From Octopus bimaculoides (lineage: Eukaryota): a stretch of DNA of 64,000 nt. The notes beneath the pieces are model-generated. The model had not been told where the DNA came from and searched no databases. It was given only the letters and a program-made list of their open reading frames with translations. This document shows positions 1 through 11,676 of the stretch, piece after piece; the first letter of the stretch is position 1; every line of letters begins with the position of its first letter. The position numbers and the translations under genes are program-made. Where the stretch lies: positions 28,431,861 through 28,495,860 of the forward strand of contig NC_068984.1 of assembly GCF_001194135.2 (NCBI RefSeq). The letters are read 5' to 3'.

Positions 1-4
1 ATAT

Positions 5-83
<79 letters not shown>

Positions 84-398
84 GGAGCACTCCGTCGATT
101 ATGATGACAGGGGTCCCAGCTGATATAATCAATGGAACAGCTTGCTCATGAAATTAATGCGCAAGTGGCTGAGCACTCCACAGACACGTGTACCCTTAAC
201 GTAGTTCACAGGGAGATTCAGCGTGACACAGAGTGTGACTAGGCTGACCCTTTAAAATACAGGTACAACTTATTTTTTCCAGCTCAGTGGGCTGGAGCAA
301 TGTGAAATAAAGCGTCTTGCTCAATGACACAACACGTTGCCAAAAATTGAACTCATGCCCTTACAATCATGAGCTGAATGCCTTAACCACTAAGCCAG
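84..398 (-). mobile_element. tRNA-derived SINE, family C (ttgctca core + ggagtgctcagccactt tail)
   Basis: Head rc ctggcttagtggttaagg...gagttcaatt; tail shared with 526-910 and 40045-40414. Confidence 0.8.
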
Positions 399-525
399 TT
401 TATGTGAAATGCCTTTTGAGTGCATCCATGCTCAACTAAAACATGGAGTTTGTGGAAACGTATGTAGCAATGCATTAATGGATTTATGAATTTCCAACCA
501 AAAGTTTTTGTTTTANNNNNNNNNN

Positions 526-910
526 CAGCCTGCTCGTGAAATTAACGTGCAAGTGGCTGAGCACTCCGCTGACACATGTACCCTTAACGTAGTCCTCAGG
601 GATATTCAGTGTGACAAGGCTGACCCTTTGAATTACAGGCACAACAGAAACATGAAGTAAGAGTGAGAGAAAGTTGTGGTGAAAGAGTACAGCAGGGTTC
701 GCCANNNNNNNNNNAGAAACATGAAGTAAGAGTGAGAGAAAGTTGTGGTGAAAGAGTACAGCAGGGTTCGCCACCATCCCCTGCCGGAGCCTCGTGGAGC
801 TTTAGGTGTTTTCGCTCAATAAGAACTAACAACACCCTGTCTGGGAATCGAAACTGCGATCCTATGACCACAAGTTCACTGCCCTTACCACTGGGCCATT
901 GCACCTCCAC
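526..910 (-). mobile_element. tRNA-derived SINE, family C variant
   Basis: A box TGGCCCAGTGGT, B box GTTTCGATTCC; near-identical to 40045-40414; contains a 10-N gap with a duplicated junction. Confidence 0.85.
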
Positions 911-1245
911 ACACACACACACACATATATATAAAACAACAGATGGATAATGGTTCATTCCCTACAGCTGTTTCCAATGAGTTTTTTTATTGATGAATAG
1001 AGATATTACATCATGCAAAAAAAAAAGAAACATTTTCATCAGGTGAATATATATAGATTACACATTTAAGACATTCCAAAAGTCACCAATTTGTGCTACT
1101 TCATGATTTCTTTACTAGTGATAGTCAAAAGAATTGTAATATAATTCATGACTCCTTTTGTTTGACCTGGTCTAATGCTTTATCATTTAAGTACCTGATT
1201 CACTTAAATCTTGAACTCTTATATTTGTGTATATATATATATATA

Positions 1246-1434
1246 TGGTGGTTGTCTACTCCTTAAACAGAGTTTGACCACCTCCTGCACCTACACCTTA
1301 GCCCTTTCATGGCGTCTGATGTGGCTTTTTAAACCAGACAGTGTTTTGAAAAAACACCCACACAGATTGCACCTCTGATTTGCACTACCAATACCTGCAA
1401 GTAAGTGCTGCTCATTGTGGATCCTAACATGTCT
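1246..1434 (-). mobile_element. 3' end of a LINE with C-terminal C2H2 finger, copy 1
   Basis: 1434-1291 reads RHVRIH...QRCNLCGCFFKTLSGLKSHIRRHERAKV*, then a ~45-nt UTR ending gtagacaaccacca(ta)n. Clearly homologous to 22961-23240. Confidence 0.7.
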
Positions 1435-2599
1435 TAGATAAAGAGAGAGAGAGAGAGAGAGACATGCATATATTTGTTATATGATTTTAGTGTACAAGTC
1501 ACTGGAGATTAAAGTAGTTAGATGAAGTCACACAAAAGATAATTAGAGGATATATTATAACATTAGTTATTCAAGTTGAAATGATACAATCTATGAAGAA
1601 TGGGAAGTATGCTAATGTGAAAACTGTCTCAAAGAAATGTTATGTCAGCAACGATAATAATTACATTCTAATCAAGGTTAGTGCCTTCAGTACCTAAATT
1701 GAATTTGAAAATTGTAACATATTTTCAAGAAATGGTTGAATTTAAATAGCCAACTAACTCGTTGATTTACTGTTAATGACCAGAGGAAATGCAATACATA
1801 CTCCTTATGAGAATGAGATTAAATTACCATCCTTCAATGAACTTAACTACAAGAGATTCCAGCATAGCTCATTACCTAAACATGAAATAATGTGAGAAGA
1901 ATTAAATAATGAATGAATAAAATAGTTAAATACTTGAATCTTATAAATGAGTGTGCACACACAAACACACACACTCACACAAACACACACTCACGCAAGT
2001 GCAAGAATACATGCATCTGCACACTCACCCAGCTCTACACACATAAAGTTAATCTGTCTTGAGCCTACATGCTCATTAGGCTGAAGCTTGTTCCAGTTTA
2101 CTAAGCATGTAAAGGCTTCTTTCACCAAACTCCAGGCTTACTGAAGTATTACTTTCAAGGGGTTTTAGCCAATTATATTATTGTCAGTAATTGGTACTTA
2201 TTCAATTGACCTCTACTTGTCAAACCACTAAGAAGTGCAACATGAAATACAAATCCAGTTTTGTTTTGACCACTATAAATGTTCATATGTATATATTAGT
2301 ATGTATTACATATATATTAGTATGTATTAGAATGAGTACTTAATTAAGAGTAAACCCCAGTTTGTCAACCTACAAAAGGTCTTTGGTAGGGTTCCATGCT
2401 CTGTGATTAGGTGGTCACTAAGGAAGCTCAAGTTAGCTGAATGGTTTGTAAACATTGCCCAAGTCATGCACAGATCCACAATCAGTGAGATGAGAGTCAG
2501 CAATGAGTTAAGCCATGAATTTGTCATTCAGGTAGAGGTTTATTAGGATTCAGGTAGAAATTTATTAGTCCCTTTTTTGTTCATTATTGTCCTCTAATC

Positions 2600-3400
2600 T
2601 ATGACTGGCTGCTGATGGAAACTCCTGTAATTTGGTAACATGGTTCTTATTGCTGAACCTGTGGTATAATTAAAGAAATTCTTGATATGGAGGCAAAATC
2701 TAGAATCAAGTGACTTGAAAGAAAACTAAGCAAATTCTAAAGTGTCAGGAAAGAAGACAAGACATAGCTACCATCAGTGAAATGACCCTACTTGATGATA
2801 TGTAGAAAAGGAGATGGTAGAAAGACAATGCAGTAAACTCAAGGTAAACAATAGACATTCAAGAATTGTAGTGTAATCATAAGTAGGTGACTAGAGAATT
2901 TATATTTCACAGGTGGCAGGTGCATGGTGGCTAAATGCACAGACAGAACAGACGTTCTAAAATGCTAGAGTGGATCTCTGGTAGTAGGTGATTGCTTTTG
3001 ATCTAATTAGCAGTGGGATGGGATGTTCTGAACGTATAGTAACCAAGGTAAGAATGGATTGGGAAAAGCTTAGCGAGTCATTATATCTACTGGCAACAAA
3101 GGGTTACTTTCTTAGAAGGAGGGACTGCTTGTGTATGGAGAACAATACTGCATAACAGTGAGATGTGGACTTTCAAAGCAGAAAATCTACAAATACTAGA
3201 CAGAAATTAAACATGTTTTTTCTGCTGAATATGTAATAGTGCACATGAATGACAGCTCATAAATATGCAAAGAGGAAAACTGAATTTAGGTGGAGTCAGA
3301 TGTAATGAACAAGAAAGAAGACTGCATTGGTTTGGCCATTTGCTATGTATGGAAGAAAACTGTAGTTTAAAATGAATATCTATATCACGTACCCATTTTT
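2600..3400 (+). mobile_element. Old RTE LINE relic
   Basis: Degenerate similarity to the 15.0-15.7 kb segment (KFLIWRQNLES; ERIVTKVRMDWEKL; ILHNSEMWTFKAENLQILDRN). Confidence 0.6.
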
Positions 3401-4459
3401 TCTTACTCAATCTCTATTTCCTAGCCCATTTGCTGACTCCATAACCCCCTTCTCTCTTTCTCTCACTACCTCCCTCTCTCTCCATCTATTTATCTATCTA
3501 TCTATCTATGTATCGCTCTATCTATCCATCGATCTATAGAGCTATCTGTTTCTCACACTATTGATCTATCAATCCATCCACCCATCTATCTATCTATCTA
3601 TCTATCACACACTTCTATTTACTGCACCATGCCACCTATGTAAGGAGTTAGAAGCAGTTGGTCTGTCTACACTCAATGCTCTTTTCACTCTCCATATCTC
3701 TGTACCCCATCTTTAACCATCTGTCAATCGCCACTCACAATCTAATGAACTTATTCACCCAACCTTCTCAATTCTTTGTGTTCACTTTTATTCTTTTTGT
3801 GTCTTGAAAGTATGCCCTGACACCTCATCAATCACCAGCATCATTATGTCCCTTATTAGCTATTCCACCCAACCTTAGCTGCAAGGTAACCATGTATCTC
3901 CTGTCCCTCTATCATACTTTACTCTCTCAATACCTAGTGTAAGCCACTCTCCACTCTGCTACATCCCTACTTAATCAAGTGAGCATTTTTTGTCATGTGA
4001 GTTACTTGGTGACCTTACTTGTGTTGGTTTTACAAAAGAAAACACCCAGTACATTCTGTAGATTGGCTGGCATTAGGAAGGGCATCCAGCAGTTAGAAAC
4101 CATACCAAAGCAGACATTGGAGTTCAAATGTAGCTCTCCAACTCATTGGATTCTGTCAAACCATCTAACTCATGCCAGCATGGGAGACAGACATTAAATG
4201 ATGATGATCTATTATATCTTCTTTTATTCTTTGATTTGTTTCAGTCACTGGATTGTGGCCATGCTGGAGCACTCTCTTGAAGGCATTTTTAGTCAAACAA
4301 ATCAATCCCTGTACTTACATTTTAAGTCATGCACTAATCTTATGAATCTCTTTTACCAAACCACTAGGTTATGGGGATGTAAACAAACCAACGTCAGTCG
4401 TCAAGCGGCAGTGGTGGGAAACAAACTCACATTGATGTATATATATATATATATATATT

Positions 4460-4625
4460 CTACACTCTCTGAGTGGTTGGCGTTAGGAAGGGCATCCAGC
4501 TGTAGAAACTCTGACAAATTAGACTGGAGCCTGGTGTTGCCATCTGGTTTCACCAGTCCTCAGTCAAATCGTCCAACCCATGCTAGCATGGAAAGCGGAC
4601 GTTAAACGATGATGATGATGATGAT
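4460..4625 (+). mobile_element. Isolated RTE 3' tail
   Basis: Nearly identical to 45690-45859, ending (gat)n. Similar tails at ~4030, 7665(-), 8115, 17543, 22528, 25782(-), 28140(-), 34231(-), 48731(-), 52755, 63198(-). Confidence 0.88.
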
Positions 4626-4699
4626 ATATATACACATAAAGTATAAAAAAGTTTTGAATGGTACAACAATGCACTATAATACAAACAATGGCCTATATA

Positions 4700-5555
4700 C
4701 CTGTTGTAATTTCGTCATCCATAGTCTGATATGATATTTTGGAATAAAATTCCTTCTTCAGATATTCTTAGATGGAGTCGCTACTATAATCGGTTTTCCA
4801 ACGGCTTTTTTTATTATTTTTTTTATTTTTGGAAGTATCTCAGCAGCGGTCTCATGAAGCTCCTTCCGGAATTCGGTTGGCCATGTCTCAATCTCGTGTG
4901 TGCTGGTATATCTGTAGTGCTGAATGCTTCAAGTGAACTACAATACTCTCCTATAGGGCTTTCCTATAAGGTGTTATCCACCCCTGATTGGAACTCTCCC
5001 GTATGACATGTACGCATGCTCAGTGACTTGCTTTAACAGTTGCAATCAGCTGAATGGACATTGCCAGTGACATTTGACATAATTACCCACACTCTGTGGT
5101 CAGGATTCTTTTTTTGGGTTGATGTCGGCATCGAAGGGATTACCAGACACCGGACAATACAGTGAGAGCAGCTTTCACTCACATCGTGGTATTCGATGCT
5201 GTGTACGTGTCTGTCGTGGTAAAATATGCCACTCCTTAACCGTAGCACGAGGTAATTATGTCATTATCTGTGAAATTCGGCAACTTACAAAGATCTTTAG
5301 ATCAGGCAATACTTCACCGAGAGGAGATATAAGCTTCTGCTTATTCCTGTCTGAAGTATCGTCCGATACTTCAGACTTATCGTCCAGTGAATTTACTTTG
5401 TTGACATTCTTCATCGACAGAATTATTCCTTTCAACCTTTCAGTCAAGTCCGCCTTTCTTCCAGTAACATACTGTCCATATAATCTTAAATATTTCTTTA
5501 ACTCAGGCACAGTAAGTACTTCGATAGCTGAATCATCAAGCTGCTTTATATCCAT
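4700..5555 (-). pseudogene. Disrupted SAP-domain + SWIM zinc-finger ORF, probably transposon-derived
   Basis: ORF 5555-5256 has LTVPELKKYLRLYGQYVTGRKADLTERL (SAP pattern). Frameshifted continuation LPNFTDNDI..., then ORF 5248-5033 ending VWVIMSNVTGNVHSADCNC; a further 1-nt shift gives KASH*ACVHV, completing CxC...CxH (SWIM). Left boundary approximate. Confidence 0.7.
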
Positions 5556-5676
5556 GATAAGACGTAAAACAATAACAATGGCGTGGGTAGCCTCCAGAAG
5601 TTTAATTATCTACATGGAGCGCCGCCTAGCCAAGGGAGATAATCTACTTATAAATGACAGGCTACTATCGGTTTCT

Positions 5677-5895
5677 TATTTGTTTATTGCCCACAAGGGG
5701 CTACACACAGAGGGGACAAACAGATTAAGTCGATTATATTGACTCCAGTGCGTAACTGGTACTTATTTAATCGACCCCGAAAGGATGAAAGGCAAAGTCG
5801 ACCTCGGGGGAATTTGAACTCAGAACATAGTCACAGACGAAATACCGCTAAGCATTTCGCCCGGCGTGCTAACAATTCTGCCAGCCCGCCGCCTT
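5677..5895 (-). mobile_element. SINE family B with 17-bp TSD, nested in a family A SINE
   Basis: rc aaggcggcgggctggcagaattgttagcacgccgggcgaaatgcttagcgg...; TSD ggctactatcggtttct (5660-76) / ggctactttcggtttct (5896-5912). Confidence 0.9.
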
Positions 5896-6439
5896 GGCTA
5901 CTTTCGGTTTCTGCCTAGCAAATCTAGGCTATAATAGAAGACACTTGCTCTAGATGCCATGCAGTGGGACTGAACTCAGAACAATGTGGTTGTGAAAAAT
6001 ACTTCTTACCACTGACAGGTACATACACTTTCATCTGTTTTCTGTATCCTTGACTTTATACTGCTAACTGTCTGGCCACATGTACTACTTCATATGCATG
6101 TCAAAAGGAGAGTTTATTCATATTAGCAATTTCTTTAGCACTAGTATATTCACAGTCAGTAATGTTAAAAATCATTATTATTATTTATATATGCTATAAA
6201 AGAATTTGTTGTGGAAATAAAAATGAATGGTTTTGATTGTTTTTTTACTTCTGTATACGAACAGACAAATATAGAACAAGAAAGCATTTATATTATAATT
6301 TAACACCACTTGGATAAGGGTTTTTTTTTCTTAATTATTCAAGTTTATTGTATATTATTTAATTTCAAATTTTTGTTTGCAATACTATAATGATGAAATA
6401 AAACCAAACTTAGAACTGAATTAATAAATCTATGTTTTT

Positions 6440-6600
6440 AAATATATATATATAATATAATATAATATAAAATAGTATGATATTAAATATATATACACAC
6501 ACACATACACACACACCCACATATATATATATATATAATATAATATAATATAAAATAGTATGATATTAAATATATATACACACACACATACACACACACC

Positions 6601-6646
<46 letters not shown>

Positions 6647-6871
6647 TATACACACACAAACACATACATATATATACATATACATAATATATGTATTTAT
6701 ACACATATCAATATGAATATGTTTGTGTATATATATACGCATAGACATATTTATATATATATATATATAGTAAATATGAATATATACATATAGATACATA
6801 TATATCGTACACACATATATGTATATATGTTTATATATGTGTGTATATATGTATGTATATATATATATATA

Positions 6872-6916
<45 letters not shown>

Positions 6917-6935
6917 GTATATATGTATATATAAA
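6440..6935. repeat. Compound (TA)n/(CA)n microsatellite with a ~77-bp duplicated unit
   Basis: Direct inspection. Comparable tracts at 1-83, 11466-11645, 13282-13370, 43665-43865, 51770-52385 and 58080-58490. Confidence 0.95.
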
Positions 6936-7094
6936 TAAAAGCTACAGCATTAGAATTTGAGATAATATGAACAGTGAATTTTGGAAAAAAATTATTTTAG
7001 AGATAAAGTGAATTTTCTGTGAAATATGTAACATTTGAAAATAACATTTACAAATACCAAATTCAATATTCAATAAGTAAGTGAAAAGAAAATG

Positions 7095-7514
7095 AGATGA
7101 AATAGATATATCTGNNNNNNNNNNNNNNNNNNNNNNNNNNNNNNNNNNNNNNNNNNNNNNNNNNNNNNNNNNNNNNNNNNNNNNNNNNNNNNNNNNNNNN
7201 NNNNNNNNNNNNNNNNNNNNNNNNNNNNNNNNNNNNNNNNNNNNNNNNNNNNNNNNNNNNNNNNNNNNNNNNNNNNNNNNNNNNNNNNNNNNNNNNNNNN
7301 NNNNNNNNNNNNNNNNNNNNNNNNNNNNNNNNNNNNNNNNNNNNNNNNNNNNNNNNNNNNNNNNNNNNNNNNNNNNNNNNNNNNNNNNNNNNNNNNNNNN
7401 NNNNNNNNNNNNNNNNNNNNNNNNNNNNNNNNNNNNNNNNNNNNNNNNNNNNNNNNNNNNNNNNNNNNNNNNNNNNNNNNNNNNNNNNNNNNNNNNNNNN
7501 NNNNNNNNNNNNNN
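7095..7514. other. Assembly gap
   Basis: N run. Other gaps at 516-525, 705-714, 12613-13010, 45173-45624, 47509-48050 and ~50725-50817. Confidence 1.
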
Positions 7515-8570
7515 TATATATATATATATATAAGAATAGGTATAAATAATGGTCGTTACCTATTCTTTTATTCTTCAAATATCACTGTATAAACTTAAAA
7601 CTTGTAAAGTATTTTGTCCAGATTGATAATCCCTCATTAATAGCACTTTATTGTGTTATACATACATCATCATCATCATGATTATTTTTTAACATCCACT
7701 TTCCATGCTGGCATGGGTTGGACGGTTTGATTGAAAACTGGTATGTAGAAAATGTTTTTTTTTTATCTGTTGCAGTCTGAAAAGTTCATATACTCTCAAA
7801 TTTGTAACTGACCTTTGAACTGAACCAGTACAGGCAGTAAAATTGTAACCCAGTGTTAATTGAAACTGTGAAAAGTCAACCAATAAGGACAGGATATGAA
7901 AAACATAATATAATGAAGAATATAAACATTCCTGTTTAATATTTTTAATAACAACGTTTTCTTTCAATAGAAATATTTATGACAATGATTCATTATATAA
8001 TTTTCGTACTTATGAAACAAAAATGTTTTTTTTTTTTGTTTGTTTGTTTTCAGATATTTACATTTTGATAAATTACACTATGTATTAGCCTTATTGGTTG
8101 TTTATTATCGGTTGTTTAGGAAGGGCATCCAGCTGTAGAAACTCTGCCAAATTAGATTGGAGCCTGGTGTTGCCATCCGGTTTCATCAGTTCTCAGTCAA
8201 ATCGTCCAACCCATGCTAGCATGGAAAGCGGACGTTAAACGATGATGATGATGATTCAAGTAGTTTTTTTTTTTTAGACTAGAAATATTTTTACAGTCTT
8301 GTCTTTCAACGATCTTGCCTCTGCATCGCATAGTAATTTCACAGGACATAGATCTGCAAGTTGTGCACGAACATTTAATACATTGTCACCATCATGAAAA
8401 AGAAAAATACATAGCATTATTATGGTAATTTTAATCCTTTATAACATATCATTTGGCTTCAAGAATTCATCAACTAATTTCTGTTATGCCATTCTGAACA
8501 TAGTGATGCACTGGGCTGTGATAAAAAGGATAACATTTAGCTCCATTGTGTGTTACTAACTCCTAATTTG

Positions 8571-8848
8571 GTAGACGGAAACTGAAAGAAGCCTATCGTA
8601 TATATGTATATATATATATCTATCTGTGTGTGTGTGTTTATATGTTTATGTGTCTGTGTTCCCCCCCCCCCCCATCGCTTGACAACCGCTGCTGGTGTGT
8701 TTACGTCCCTATAATCCAGCGGTTCAGCAAAAGGGATCGATAGAATAAGTACTAGGCTTGCAAAGAATGAGTCCTGGGTCGATTTGCTCGACTAAAGGCG
8801 GTGCTCCAGCATGGCCACAGTAAAAATGATTGAAACAAGTAAAAGAGT
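8571..8848 (+). mobile_element. SINE family A, 3' two-thirds
   Basis: ggtagacggaaactgaaagaagcc, (TA)/(TG) tract, ...gctccagcatggccacag...gaaacaagtaaaagag. Further partial copies lie at ~13792, 22738, 26913, 31556, 39552, 46205, 47336, 48286, 53520 and 54265. Confidence 0.85.
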
Positions 8849-9020
8849 AGATATTAAATTTATATTTTTATGACCTGAGCATAATATCTTCAGAGGAAAA
8901 AGATATACCCTTGAATGTTGTATTTGTGTAAATGGAATCATTATTGCCGACTCCAAGGGTATATTTTTTCTTCTGAAGATATTATGCTCAGGTCATATGA
9001 ATATAAATTTAATATTTACT
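8846..9020. repeat. Inverted repeat, ~68-bp arms with 40-nt spacer
   Basis: agtagatattaaatttatatt...tgacctgagcataatatcttcagaggaaaaagatatacccttg versus caagggtatattttttcttctgaagatattatgctcaggtca...aatataaatttaatatttact. Confidence 0.85.
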
Positions 9021-9029
9021 GAGTATTAA

Positions 9030-11420
9030 CTGAAACAGCAAGTAATAAAGATAGGTTGTAGTCTTATGCATAACTGAACCAGCATAATTTCCTCCCTAAA
9101 TAATAAAAAAATAGACATTTTCTATTTAGATAGAAGTAACAATAGCAGTAATAGTAAAAATTAAAATAATAGCCCCCATAACCACCCCAAACTTAGTAAC
9201 GATAACACTCAGAACGACAATAACCCTATCAACCTTAATAGACCTAGCATCAACCCACTAGCAAGTAATTCTCCCTCCACAGCACAACCTATGTGATTGT
9301 AGGAATAAAGATAATTGTGCCCTTGGAAATTCCTGTAAAAGTAGAGATGGAATTTACCAGTGCACTATCACAACACAGTTTAGTGAAAAGATATACATAG
9401 GAGCTACCCAAAATGAAATGAAATAAAGACTAGCCGCACACTAACACTCTTTCAGAAATAGAAATAAGATTAACCCGACTGGATTAAGTAAATATATTTG
9501 GGAACTTAAAGATAAAGATACTAGATTCGTTTTAGAATAGAAAGTCCTTGCCTCTGCACCTTCAAATAATAAGAAATGCACCTTCAAAAAATAAGAAATG
9601 CTATCTTTGCATGAATGGAAAATTTTTATACTAGCAGTACAACACCCATTACTTAAGTTGAGGGAAGAGAGCAACATAGCCTGCCTGCACAAGGGTAAGT
9701 TTACTTTCTCTAAATATAAATAGCATGAAGACCCTTTTAACCATCCCTACAGATAGCACCCAGAGTTCTTCACCACAGAAATAGTAATTCTTGATATTAA
9801 ATAAAGGCATATATTAACTTCCAAATTAAAGCTATTTTAATAGTATTACACACCTGGGTCCCTTATAGTAATATCCCTTCACCAATATATCTAAGTTCAA
9901 ATTCCACCCACACCCATAATATCTAAATACATAGAATATTTATTAATCTATCTCTCCTTAATATAACCTCTTCACCCCCTTTAATATAGCCAGTTCCTTC
10001 AACTATGAACCTAATTTAGAATAATACAGAGGGCATTAGTACTTAACTCCACTAAAACAAATTCCCCATCCATGAGAGCCAGTTCCCGCCATCTCAGTAA
10101 AAGCTATACTTGCAACTAACTTTACTTAACTGAACTTTCTACACCATGGGTCAGCTTGTTTTAATTAACTTCATTTCAGCCTGGGTCTAATTTTCAGCCA
10201 GCACACTGGTCTATTTCCATTTATTGTTGACCCATTTAGGAACCCCCTGTTTAACATAATTTAACAACCTAATAATAACTGCACACCTCTTTAGATTGTA
10301 TTTCCTATGAGCTACTATTGCCCTTAGGCATATTGTGTATGAATGGAAGTGAAATTTTGTGGAAGATCCCATATGGTTGCACCCAAGCAAGGATTAATAT
10401 AACTACAAGTATATTAATATAAACAATATAATAATAATAATAATATATCAAGTAGGATTTAGTAAACTGTAGTAGGACCCTGTATTTGTAATTAGCAAAT
10501 AATTTAACTTATAATCATTTAATTAATTTGGGGTTTTGTGCTTTTGCCTTCTCATAGGTCTACTAGGCAGAATGTATTCAGGAATGTTTTGACAATTAGT
10601 ATTTGTCTAGTATAACCACCACTTGGGACTATAGTAGCTATTTAAGAGGATAGGTTTAGTATTATAATTTTAAGGTAAATGCCGTAGCAATTACCTCCCC
10701 ATAACGGTAGTCTCCTCGTGATTGTTGGTTATTTACTGTCGCACAGTACTTGTTTTCATGTTAGGTTGGTTTATAATGACATAAGCAGCCCTGGGCTACT
10801 TCTCTACACTTTTATTCTATTTCTTTATTTACATCTACCCCTATAATGGCTTAAGTTTGCCCTTGCTTTTAAATTTAATTGACCAATTATAGTGATGACT
10901 GGACCTTGGTCAATTCCATTACGGACAACAGGTGGTTGGTCTTTAAAATCTTTCAGTAAGTACACTAATGTAACAACTTTATGGGCATGTTTTTGGATAA
11001 GTATAAATTAGCACTATTTACGATATCATAAGTACTATTTTTTTTCTAGACCTATTGGCAATATCAGTTATACTAAAGTATTAGTTTTATTTTCTTATTA
11101 TTTATTCACCCTGCTACCCCTAAAGAAAAATTAACCGACCAATTATTTTTCTAGTTTATTCATTTGCTCATCGACTTCAAGCTTTACACTCCAAAATGTT
11201 ATGATTCTAATTTACTAAGCATTCTTTCTTCATCTCCAGGCCCTGTTCTTTCCTCTTCTCTTCTTTTATTTTATGTATTTGTCTTCACTCTGACGAAACT
11301 CCATGTACCAGATCGGATGTGCGATAAATATGATGAATATTATTCTCATAATTTTCTTTGGTAGCGCCGACTGGCATAGGTAGCAGAAATGGCTGTTAAA
11401 GTTTTGTATAAAAAAAAAAT
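9030..11420 (+). mobile_element. Penelope-like retroelement 3' part: GIY-YIG endonuclease relic, long 3' region, hammerhead-like end
   Basis: ~9315-9722 translates (with stops and shifts) to CALGNSCKSRDGIYQCTITTQFSEKIYIGATQN...RLAAH*HSFRNRNK...LSKYIWELKDKD...KKCYLCMNGKFFIL...CLHKGKF. CTGACGA at 11290 and GAAA at 11386 enclose a long hairpin. Outer limits approximate. Confidence 0.75.
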
Positions 11421-11482
11421 AACCACCAATGGTAGACAATTTGTTTGTTGATCAAAAATTTTCTCCATTTTCTTCTTAATTT

Positions 11483-11584
<102 letters not shown>

Positions 11585-11600
11585 CACACGCACACACACG

Positions 11601-11632
<32 letters not shown>

Positions 11633-11676
11633 CACGCACACATATGTGGAATAATTACTATGAAGCATTGTGTAGA

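Noticed and set aside
640-775. Direct repeat of gaaacatgaagtaagagtgagagaaagttgtggtgaaagagtacagcagggttcgcca
   Set aside because: The two copies flank a 10-N gap; most likely an unmerged contig overlap.
845-910. tRNA-like sequences with A and B boxes
   Set aside because: They are SINE heads followed by SINE bodies and lack a complete cloverleaf acceptor stem.
5119-5742. 207-aa plus-strand ORF
   Set aside because: Antisense shadow of the SAP/SWIM frames that runs into a SINE; no motif of its own.
6430-6814. ORFs rich in YIYI/CVCV/THTH (also 11445-11730, 13558-13798, 43621-43904, 51699-52415 and others)
   Set aside because: These are translations of (TA)n/(CA)n/(GA)n microsatellites, not proteins.
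7063-7578. Long ORFs full of X (also 12549-13133, 44941-45781, 47445-48115)
   Set aside because: They are open only because they span N gaps.
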